64,000 bases of DNA, taken from contig CATNEN010000001.1 of the NCBI GenBank assembly GCA_950097015.1, forward strand, positions 5,270,001 through 5,334,000, read 5' to 3'. The notes beneath the pieces are model-generated. The model was not told where the DNA came from. It worked only from the letters and a program-made list of their open reading frames with translations, and ran no database searches. The DNA comes from Macrostomum hystrix. Its lineage: Eukaryota; Animalia; Platyhelminthes. The position numbers and the translations under genes were made by a program. Of this stretch, positions 34,331 to 46,300 are shown one piece after another; positions within the stretch are counted from its first letter, which is position 1; each line of letters starts with the position of its first letter.

Positions 34331-37009
34331 CTACTGGTTCTCTTCGTACAGCTCGGGATACTTCGACTGATGCTCGCTCCAGGCGCCCTGATAACGCTTT
34401 CGCATTTCGTCCAATTCCCGCTGCTTCTGGAAGATGCTTTCTCGAGCTTCGATTAGCTGCGAAAAAGAGGTCGTGTGGTAGTTTCATTAATAATTTAAAG
34501 CTCTTAATGAAATAAAGTAGCATGGGAAATTTATGGAACGAAAATAAAGACCTATAAATATAGAATGACACCATTAGCTGTAAATAAGGGTTAAAAATAA
34601 AATGACGTGATAAAATGACAATTGGAGCTAAAAAATGGCGTCATTATAAATCAACTGGTCAAAAATAGAACTGACGTCACTAAGATCTAATATGAGCTAA
34701 AAATAGAAAATAGCGTCGTTATAAGTCAATTGGTCAAAAATAGGAACTGACGTCACTAAGATCTAATGAGCTATAAATAGAAAATGACGTCATCAATAAT
34801 AAAAAATGACTTTTTTAGAATCGCCCTATTCGAGTTGGTTATCAAAATTTAAGAGAGGCCACTCACCAATTTCACAGAATGCACCATCGAGTCGCCCAAC
34901 TGTAGCCGATTCTCAGCTTCCGACCGATCGATGGCCGACTGAGCCTCCGAAACCAGTCTCTCCGTAGCTCGCTTTACAGCCTGACCGGCGTCCTGCAGCC
35001 GGCGAGTGGTCTCCGAGTGCGGGTCGGCGCGCACTTTGCTTTCTACTAGGAGCTGTGCGGTGCTGGCTGCGACTTGCTTGCTGGCTGAAATCAGGCGATC
35101 CTCGGTGGAGCGTCCCTGAGCGACAGCGTTGGCAGTTTCGCACAAGTGATGGACAGCCGCTGCCACATGCTTGGCGGCTGTGACAAAGGCCTGCGACCAG
35201 GGGGCTGGAAGGAGAGACAGAAAACTAGGTCTTGATTTTATTTAAACTAACTTTTGATTAATTTACGTTACAGTTGGTAGACTATATTTAAATAAAGAAG
35301 CCATTTGATCACAAAGCGATGTGATTTATTTGGAAAGTAAATATCGTTTGAATTGAGGATCCGGTGAGAAACGCACTTTAACCTGGAGATAAAGCTGGGA
35401 TACAGTTTTGCATGCGACCTTGGAAAGAAGGCGCTTTGATTTGAGGATCTGGGAAGGGATGCAGTTTGATTTGAGGATCTGGGAAGGGATGCAGTTTGAT
35501 TTGGGGATCTGGGAAGGGATGCAGTTTGATTTGAGGATCTGGGAAGGGATGTAGTTTGATTTGAGGATCTGGGAAGGGATGCAGTTTGATTTGAGGATCT
35601 GGGAAGGGATGTAGTTTGATTTGGGGATCTGGGAAGGGATGCAGTTCGATTTGGGGATCTGGGAAGGGATGCAGTTTGATTTGGGGATCTGGAAAGGGAT
35701 GCAGTTTGATTTGAGGATCTGGGAAGGGATGCAGTTTGATTTGAGGATCTGGAAAGGGATGCAGTTTGATTTGGGGTTCTGGGAAGGGATGCAGTTTGAT
35801 TTGAGGATCTTGGAATTGATGCAGTTTGATTTTGGGATCTGGGAAGGGATGTAGTTTGATTTGGGGATCTGGGAAGTGATGCAGTTTGATTTGGGGATCT
35901 GTGAAGGGATGCAGTTTGATTTGGGGATCTGGGAAGGGATGCAGTTTGATTTGGGGATCTGGGAATGGATGCAGTTTGATTTGGGGATCTGTGAAGGGAT
36001 GCAGTTTGATTTGGGGATCTGGGAAGGGATGCAGTTTGATTTGGGGATCTGGGAATGGATGCAGTTTGATTTGGGGATCTGGGAAGGGATGTAGTTTGAT
36101 TTGGGGATCTGGGAAGGGATGCAGTTTGATTTGGGGATCTGGGAAGGGATGCAGTTCGATTTGGGGATCTGGGAAGGGATGCAGTTTGATTTGGGGATCT
36201 GGGAAGGGATGCAGTTTGATTTGAGGATCTGGGAAGGGATTGGTCAAATGTGAGTATTCCTAAACTTCATTACAATAGAGGTACTGATCTGAAAGTCACC
36301 CACTATTAGCCGCAGACACGTCAGCTTCAGCCTCAGCATTCTTCAGCGCCAGCTCCTTCTGCGCCAATTGAGCGTATTGCAACAGGCGCGATATCGCGTC
36401 GGCAATGTCCATGGCCGATTCTAAAATTGGCTGCTTAGCCGATTGGCGATTATCGGCGGCTGACGATGCTCCGTTGTTGTCGCCATTTGAAGACGCGCCT
36501 TCCGGAGCCGACTAAAATGAGCAAAGAGAAACAATTAAAAACTATATTCGAATTTTTCTACTTACAGTAGAAGTAATGCAGTTTTTATGAGTAAAGTATT
36601 CAAAACTAAGTTTAAAACTCGCGTTACACTACTCATAGTAGAAATATAAGAATTGTCGCGCGTTGTCTACGAAATAATTATGCAATAGAGTAAAACTTCT
36701 GCACCTGAAATTACCAAAAGTTAAGCCATCAATACCTGGAAAATCGTTAAAAAACGGAGGACAGCTGTCAAATAAAGCTATATTCTGGTTAATTTGTTTA
36801 CTGTTCTAGTGAAATTGTATTGTAAAAATAACAAATTAGCAGCTACATACTACGGTGTTAAATATACAGCAATTATTGCTGCTTTCAATTAAAAGCCAAA
36901 TATTTGATTGTTCTTAGACTTTTAAAGTCAGTTATGAAGAATTAGAAGCTAGTCAGAAGTTAATTTTATAGCTAGCAAGATAGACAGACAGACAGACAGA
37001 CAGACAGGC

Positions 37010-37066
<57 letters not shown>

Positions 37067-37216
37067 GGCAGACAGACGGGCAGACAGACAGACAGACAGA
37101 CAGGCAGACAGACAGACAGGTAGATAGACAGACAGAAAGAAAGACAGACAGACAGACAGACAGACACTAAGACACTAAGACAGTCCCTTAGTCAGACCGA
37201 GACACAGACAGACAGG

Positions 37217-37247
<31 letters not shown>

Positions 37248-37279
37248 CCAGACAGGCAGACAGACAGGTAGATAGACAT

Positions 37280-37314
<35 letters not shown>

Positions 37315-40300
37315 GGCAGACAGACAGACAGACAGACAGACAGACAGGCAGACAGACAGGCAGACAGACAGACGGACAGACAGACAGGCAGACAGACAGA
37401 CAGGTAGATAGACAGACAGACGGACAGACAGACAGGCAGACAGACAGACAGGTAGATAGACAGACAGGCAGACAGACAGGCAGACAGACAGACAGACAGA
37501 CAGGCAGACAGACAGGCAGACAGACAGACAGACAGGCAGACAGACAGACAGACAGGCAGACTGACAGATAGACAGACAGACAGACAGGCAGACAGACAGA
37601 CAGATAGGCAGACAGACAGACAGACAGACAGACAGAAAGACAGATGTATTAGGCAGGTAAAATATTAGAACACAAGGCATTTCATGAGTCAGACCAATAT
37701 TTACGGAGAAAACACAATAAGACAATATGTATAATATGTATAATTATCAGGTTTAGGTCACCATAGATTGAGTGAAAAGGTTGGGCCATTAAAAAGCAAA
37801 GACACGAGAAGCGATTAAAGCACTCTAGCCCGCTATCTTGTAATGGAAAACAACAATACTACACCATTTGACGCTGCACTGCAGCGGCAGCAGCAGCAGC
37901 AGCGTGGGGCGGTGGCACTTTGCCCTGCAGCTTATCGGCTGACGGCTTTGGTGGCACGGGCGGTGGAGCGGACTGAAGGTAGCCAAAAGTTTTAACAAAA
38001 ATATGGTGGCCAACGGAATTTTATCGTTGATTTGAACGCAAAACTGGTCCGCTCTCTCGTTGAAAAAATCAATAATCAAAATTATATTGAAGCAATATTC
38101 ATGCTTCTCTTAATATATCTTATAGTACTGTTAGTAGATAAATAAACTAATTTTCATTTTCTTAAACATGCAAATCATGAGTGTTTTTACCTAACACAAA
38201 AAGAGGGATTTTAATTTCTACCTGAATAAAACTACCTGAATATTTAGGATTATACCTGAAGGGTTAGGTGGGGTTCTACCTGAAGGGTTAGGTGGTGTTC
38301 TACCTGAAGGGTTAGGTGGGGTTCTACCTGAAGGGTTAGGTGGGGTTCTACCTGAAGGGTTAGGTGGGGTTCTACCTGAAGGGTTAGGTGGGGTTCTACC
38401 TGAAGGGTTAGGTGGGATTCTACCTGAAGGGTAGGGTGGTGTTCTACCTGAAGGGTTAGGTGGGGTTCTACCTGAAGGGTTAGGTGGGGTTCTACCTGAA
38501 GGGTTAGGTGGGGTTCTACCTGAAGGGTTAGGTGGTGTTCCACCTGAAGGGTTAGGTGGGGTTCTACCTGAAGGGTTAGGTGGGGTTCTACCTGAAGGGT
38601 TAGGTGGGGTTCTACCTGAAGGGTTAGGTGGGGTTCTACCTGAAGGGTTAGGTGGGGTTCTACCTGAAGGGTTCGGTGGGGTTCTACCTGAAGGGTTCGG
38701 TGGGGTTCTACCTGAAGGGTTAGGTGGGGTTCTACCTGAAGGGTTAGGTGGGGTTCTACCTGAAGGGTTCGGTGGGGTTCTACCTGAAGGGTTCGGTGGG
38801 GTTCTATCCATGAAAATTAAAAGCGTGATAAATAAGGGTAATATATATAAAAATGTAATGCTGACAAAACGCAGCCAACACACCTTTCTAGCCGCAGTTC
38901 TAGCCTGATCACTAGGCGCCCCCGCTTCAAGTTTAAGATGATTAAGCCTTCTAAGAACATCTTCAACCTGTGAGACAGCTTTGTCAACTTCTTGTTGCGC
39001 CCGATCGGCCGACTCTTCGCCAGTTTGTGTCGCCGGGAATTCGGCAACCCCTGCGAGAAGAAGAAATTTGTTTAGCTTTTATGAAAGAAGACAAAGCAAA
39101 GTAAAAGAGTTTTTAGCGATAAATAAATCATTATTCAGACAATGATTCTGCATAATTACTATTTTTTTCAATAATGTCAAGTTTAAAACTTTTTTTGTTA
39201 AAATTCAAGACCTTTTTTTTAAAAAAAACGTGCTCGAATATGGTAATTGCAACATGCTCTACAAAGTTTTCAAATAATATTGTACGTACACAAGCAAATA
39301 AATGAACAAAAGGACAAGCTGAGAAATTTTGCACATGCTTATCTGGGAATAAAATCTCGGAAGATTCTAGAAAATATTTGAAAATCTAGAAGGTCTAGGG
39401 AGGATTCCATTAAAGGTCTAGAAACGATTCCATAAGAAGTCTAGGGACGATTCCATTAATGTCAAGGGAAGATTCATTTAAAGGTCTAGGGACAATTCCA
39501 TTAAATGTCTAGGGAAGATTCCATTAAAGGTCTAAGGACGATTCCATTAAAGGTCTAGGGAAGATTCCATTAAATGTTTAGGGAAGATTCCATTATAGGT
39601 CTAGGGAAGATTCTATTAAAGGTCTAGGGACGATTCCATTAAGGTCTAGGGACGATTCTATTAAAGGTCTAGGTACGATTCCATTAAATGTCTAAGGACA
39701 ATTCCATTAAAGGTCTAGGGAAGATTCCATTAAATGTTTAGGGAAGATTCCATTATAGGTCTAGGGACGATTCTATTAAAGGTCTAGGGACGATTCCATT
39801 AAGGTCTAGGGACGATTCCATTAAGGTCTAGGGACGATTCTTTTAAGGTCTAGGGACGATTCCATTAAAGGTCTAGGGACGATTCCATTAAAGGTCTAGG
39901 GACGATTCCATTAAATGTTTAGGGAAGATTCCATTATAGGTCTAGGGACGATTCCATTAAAGGTCTAGGGAAGATTCCATTAAAGGTCAAGGGACAATTC
40001 CATTAAATGTCTAGGGAAGATTCCATTAAAGGTCTAAGGACGATTCCATTAAAGGTCTAGGGAAGATTCCATTAAATGTTTAGGGAAGATTCCATTATAT
40101 GTCTAGGGAAGATTCTATTAAAGGTCTAGGGACGATTCCAATAAGGTCTAGGGACGATTCTATTAAAGGTCTAGGTACGATTCCATTAAATGTCTAAGGA
40201 CAATTCCATTAAAGGTCTAGGGAAGATTCCATTAAATGTTTAGGGAAGATTCCATTATAGGTCTAGGGACGATTCTATTAAAGGTCTAGGGACGATTCCA

Positions 40301-43300
40301 TTAAGGTCTAGGGACGATTCCATTAAGGTCTAGGGACGATTCTTTTAAGGTCTAGGGACGATTCCATTAAAGGTCTAGGGACGATTCCATTAAAGGTCTA
40401 GGGACGATTCCATTAAATGTTTAGGGAAGATTCCATTATAGGTCTAGGGACGATTCCATTAAAGGTCTAGGGAAGATTCCATTAAAGGTCAAGGGACAAT
40501 TCCATTAAATGTCTAGGGAAGATTCCATTAAAGGTCTAAGGACGATTCCATTAAAGGTCTAGGGAAGATTCCATTAAATGTTTAGGGAAGATTCCATTAT
40601 ATGTCTAGGGAAGATTCTATTAAAGGTCTAGGGACGATTCCAATAAGGTCTAGGGACGATTCTATTAAAGGTCTAGGTACGATTCCATTAAATGTCTAAG
40701 GACAATTCCATTAAAGGTCTAGGGAAGATTCCATTAAATGTTTAGGGAAGATTCCATTATAGGTCTAGGGACGATTCTATTAAAGGTCTAGGGACGATTC
40801 CATTAAGGTCTAGGGACGATTCCATTAAGGTCTAGGGACGATTCTTTTAAGGTCTAGGGACGATTCCATTAAAGGTCTAGGGACGATTCCATTAAAGGTC
40901 TAGGGACGATTCCATTAAATGTTTAGGGAAGATTCCATTATAGGTCTAGGGACGATTCCATTAAAGGTCTAGGGAAGATTCCATTAAAGGTCAAGGGACA
41001 ATTCCTTTAAATGTCTAGGGAAGATTCCATTAAATGTCTAGGGAAGATTTCATTAAATGTCTAGGGAAGATTCCATTAAATGTCTAGGGAAGATTTCATT
41101 AAATGTCTAGGGAAGATTCCATTAAATGTCTAGGGAAGATTCCATTAAAGGTCTAAGGACGATTCCATTAAAGGTCTAGGGAAGATTCCATTAAATGTTT
41201 AGGGAAGATTCCATTATAGGTCTAGGGAAGATTCTATTAAAGGTCTAGGGACGATTCCATTAAGGTCTAGGGACGATTCTATTAAAGGTCTAGGTACGAT
41301 TCCATTAAATGTCTAAGGACAATTCCATTAAAGGTCTAGGAAAGATTCCATTAAATGTTTAGGGAAGATTCCATTATAGGTCTAGGGACGATTCTATTAA
41401 AGGTCTAGGGACGATTCCATTAAGGTCTAGGGACGATTCCATTAAGGTCTAGGGACGATTCTTTTAAGGTCTAGGGACGATTCCATTAAAGGTCTAGGGA
41501 CGATTCCATTAAAGGTCTAGGGACGATTCCATTAAATGTTTAGGGAAGATTCCATTATAGGTCTAGGGACGATTCCATTAAAGGTCTAGGGAAGATTCCA
41601 TTAAAGGTCAAGGGACAATTCCTTTAAATGTCTAGGGAAGATTTCATTAAATGTCTAGGGAAGATTCCATTAAATGTCTAGGGAAGATTTCATTAAATGT
41701 CTAGGGAAGATTCCATTAAATGTCTAGGGAAGATTTCATTAAATGTCTAGGGAAGATTCCATTAAATGTCTAGGGAAGATTTCATTAAATGTCTAGGGAA
41801 GATTCCATTAAATGTCTAGGGAAGATTCCATTAAATGTTTAGGGAAGATTCCATTATAGGTCTAGGGAAGATTCCATTAAATGTCTAGGGAAGATTTCAT
41901 TAAATGTCTAGGGAAGATTCCATTAAATGTCTAGGGAAGATTTCATTAAATGTCTAGGGAAGATTCCATTAAATGTCTAGGGAAGATTTCATTAAATGTC
42001 TAGGGAAGATTCCATTAAATGTCTAGGGAAGATTCCATTAAATGTTTAGGGAAGATTCCATTATAGGTCTAGGGACGATTCCATTAAATGTCTCTAAGGA
42101 AGATTTCATTAAATGTCTAGGGAAGATTCCATTAAATGTCTAGGGAAGATTCCATTAAATGTCTAGGGAAGATTCCATTTAATTTTTAGGGAAGATTCCA
42201 TTATAGGTCTAGGGACGATTCCATTAAATGTCTAAGGACAATTCCATTAAAGGTCTAGGGAAGATTCCATTAAATGTCTAGGGAAGAATCCATTAAAGGT
42301 CTAGGGAAGATTCCATTAACTGTCTAGGGAAGATTCCATTAAATGTTTAGGGACGATTCTAATTAAGGTCAAGGAAAGATTCCATTAAAGGTCTAGGGAC
42401 GATTCCTTTAAAGGTCTAGGGACGATTCCTTTAATGGTATTGGAGCGATTCTTTTAAGTGCTTAAAACAAAGTTTTTAAGATGGTTTCATCAATTTAAAG
42501 GAGGTTTTACGAATATAAAATCCTAAAGTTGTTATTAAAAAAACTAACTAAAAAACATCTGACAACAAATCAAATCGATTCTAGATTTCTTTTTCAAGAC
42601 AGATTTTTAAACCATCCACAAATACCTGACAATCGTAGGCTAACCCTTGATGCGGGATGCTGCAAACTGCTAGCTGTAAATGTTTTGTCATTTTGAGTTC
42701 CAGTTCTTAATAAACAGCTGCGAAATAGAAGCAGGAAAAGCAAAACAAAAATACACAAATCTACGATCTAAATTCGAAAGCGTAGACAAAACTTTTGTCC
42801 AGCATTCAAACAATAGTTTCTAGAGGCTAGATCTGGGCCAGGGGTCGGCAAACTTATTGGTGTGCGGGCCACGGCGAGAACCTAAAAAGACAACAGCTGG
42901 CCGCGAGGAATATGAGACAGGGGAGAGATGAGATACAGGAGTGATGAGACACAAGAGAGATGAGACACGGGATAGACGAGAGAGAGATGAGATGCGACAG
43001 GGGAGAGATGAGATACGGAATAGACAAGACAGGGGAGAGATGAGATACAGGAGTGATGAGACACAAGAGAGATGAGACACGGGATAGACGAGAGAGATGA
43101 GATGCGACAGGGGAGAGATGAGATACGGAATAGACAAGACAGGGGAGAGATGAGATACAGGAGTGATGAGACACAAGAGAGATGAGACACGGGATAGACG
43201 AGAGAGAGATGAGATGCGACAGGGGAGAGATGAGATACGGAATAGACAAGACAGGGGAGAGATGAGATACAGGAGTGATGAGACACAAGAGAGATGAGAC

Positions 43301-46300
43301 ACGGGATAGACGAGAGAGAGATGAGATGCGACAGGGGAGAGATGAGATACGGAATAGACAAGACAGGGGAGAGATGAGACAGGGGAGAGATGAGACAGGG
43401 GAGAGAGGAGAAAGGGAAGAGATGAGATACGGGATAGACAAGACAGGGGAGAGAGGAGACAGGGAAGAGATGAGATACGGGATAGACAAGACAGGGGAGA
43501 GATGAGACCAAGGAGAGTTGAGACAAGATACTGTAGGTGTTGGAAGTGGCAACGGGCCGCATCTGGTCCGCTTGCCGGAGTTCGCCAACCCCCCCTGATC
43601 AGGGTGAACAGTTAAACAAAAAACACGATTTTAAAAGGAATCTCAACGTTTTTTAATTGTCTGAAATTAGTAAGTGGGCAGGCGATCTTGTCACCACAGA
43701 AAAAAACATGACACTAAGTGTCATTTAGAATTAGAAGCAGCTAAACAAACACGTAAGAATAGGAAAAATAGGAATAAATGCGACTTTATTAATAGTATAA
43801 TATATGCAATAAATGTAGCCAAGGGACAGGAATGTTCGTAAGAAAAAAAGTAACTAAATATTGCTCCTTTTTTATTAAACTCAATAAATCACCTCGAATA
43901 AAAATAAATGATTATTTTTTAAGTATTGTGTTGTAAATATTAGGAAACGGATAAAATAGGTTTGACTAAAAATAGGAAACATTTTTTCGATAGACATCCG
44001 ATTAAAACAAAAAAATACCGATTTGTTCCCAACTAAATTGTCTACAAGCTACTGTGAATATGAACCGTTGTTTTGTGATTATTGCTGAGATAAAATATTA
44101 AATAATTGTTTTAAAAAGTGCACAATGCAAACTATGATACCATATTAGGCTTTTAGCTCGGAAATTTTTAACGAAATTCGAGCTGACAAAATAGGCAACT
44201 ATATACTATCAAAATGTGCTGTTTTTACAACAATAGAGAAATGTGTAAAATATTGGAAAATGATAGACTCTACCAACCCTAACCCTCAGAAATCCAATAT
44301 AATCTTACCCGTTATCTACATATCTTGTCCAATATTTCCCCAGTCTGTTTTTATCTCATTTGATACATCAGTGACAAATATGCCACTTGCCGCATCCCTT
44401 ACTCTCTGTTCTTTCCTGTGTGTCTTCTTCTCATCTCTCCCGTGTCTCATCTCTCCCGTGTCTCATCTCTCCCGTGTCTCATCTCTCCCGTGTCTCATCT
44501 CTCCCGTGTCTCATCTCTCCCGTGTCTCATCTCTCCCGTGTCTCATCACTCCCGTGTCTCATCTCTCCCGTGTCTAATCTCTCCCGTGTCTTATCTCTCC
44601 CGTGTCTCATCTCTCCCGTGTCTCATCTCTCCCGTGTCTCATCTCTCCTGTGTCCTATCTCTCCCGTGTCTCATCTCTCCCGTGTCCCATCTCACCCGTG
44701 TCTCATCTCTCCCGTGTCTTATCTCTCCCGTGTCTTATCTCCCGTGTCTCATCTCTCCCGTGTCTCATCTCTCCCGTGTCTCATCTCACCCGTGTCTCAT
44801 CTCTCCCGTGTCTTATCTCTCCCGTGTCTTATCTCTCCTGTGTCTCATCTCTCCCGTGTCTCATCTCTCCCGTGTCTCATCTCACCTGTGTTTCATCTCT
44901 CCCGTGTCTCATATCTCCCGTGTCTCATCTCTCCCGTGTCTCATCTCTCCCGTGTCTCATCTCTCCGGCGTCTTATCTTTCTTTACGTGTCTTATCGCTC
45001 CAATGCCCTATCTCTATCTCTAACGTGCCTTATCTCTTATGCCTAATTTCGCCATTGTTTTATCTCTGCCGAGTCTCATCTCTTAATTTTCTCATCTCTC
45101 AGTCGCATCTCTCTATTGTCTTATCTCACCCATATCTCATATTCCTCTGTATCAGCTCTCCCGTGTCTTATCTCTTACCTGTGTCAACAATTCCTTGTCT
45201 TATTCTTCCTCTGAGATAATCATTCTCATTAGGGCAAAAACTGAGATTTTCGAATCTACTAATGGGCCCACACGGTTGCTAACCCAGAGCCCATTAAAGA
45301 AAAAAATAAGGAAAACAACATTTATAAATAGAATTAATCTAAACAAAAGGGGAGATAAAAATATACACAATAAAAAAATAACATATAAAAATAAAAAAGC
45401 AATTTCAAGCACACCAGAATTCCTATAAAAACTGTATCGATGATGCCTGTGGTAGGCAGCGTGGGCTGAGAAGGTTTTCTCAGTGTAATCCCACCCTAGA
45501 AAGTGTTAAACAAAATTTGAAAGCATGAAATCAAATATTAATAACATATTGATATTCATAATTTTATACTACTAAATCATTACTTTGTCAGTAGTACAAT
45601 AAAGCTAACAATAAAATAGAAATGTTCATAAAACACTTTCTAAGTGACTCGTTAGATGTGATCTGATAATCTGATACATCAAATTGCATACTAAATAAAT
45701 AGGTCAGTCCTATTTCGTTTCAACCTATTGAGATAGAGAAAAGGTGCCGAATATCCTAAAAATTTGGGATCTGGGAAGTGGGATAATATTTTACAAACTT
45801 ATGATTTAAGGAATTAGATCAGGGGTCGGCAAACTCCGGCCCGCGGGCCAGATGCGGCCCTCGAAGCTCCCAAATCCGGCCCGTCGCCCCTTCTGACATC
45901 TACAGTGTCCTGTTTAATCTCTCTCGTGTCTAATCTCTCCTCTGTCTAATCTCTCCCGTGTCTCATCTCTCCCCTCTTATCTCTCCCGTGTCTAATCTCT
46001 CCCCGTCTTATCTCTCCCGTGTCTAATATCTCCCGTGTCTCATCTCTCCCCGTCTTATCTCTCCCGTGTCTCATCTCTCCCCGTCTTATCTCTCCCGTGT
46101 CTAATCTCTCCCGTGTCTTATCTCTCCCGTGTCTAATCTCTCCCGTGTCCCATCTTTCCTGTGTCTCATCTCTCCCGTGTCTCGTATTTCTACAGTCAAT
46201 GCGGCCCGCTGTCGTCTTTTAGGTTCTATCTTTGGCCCGCTAGCAAATAAGTTTGCCTACCCCTGGATTAGATTATGTAAACAAAATAATAAATGTCTGT

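Noticed and set aside
44276-44287. Telomeric AACCCTAACCCT
   Set aside because: Only two units; expected by chance.
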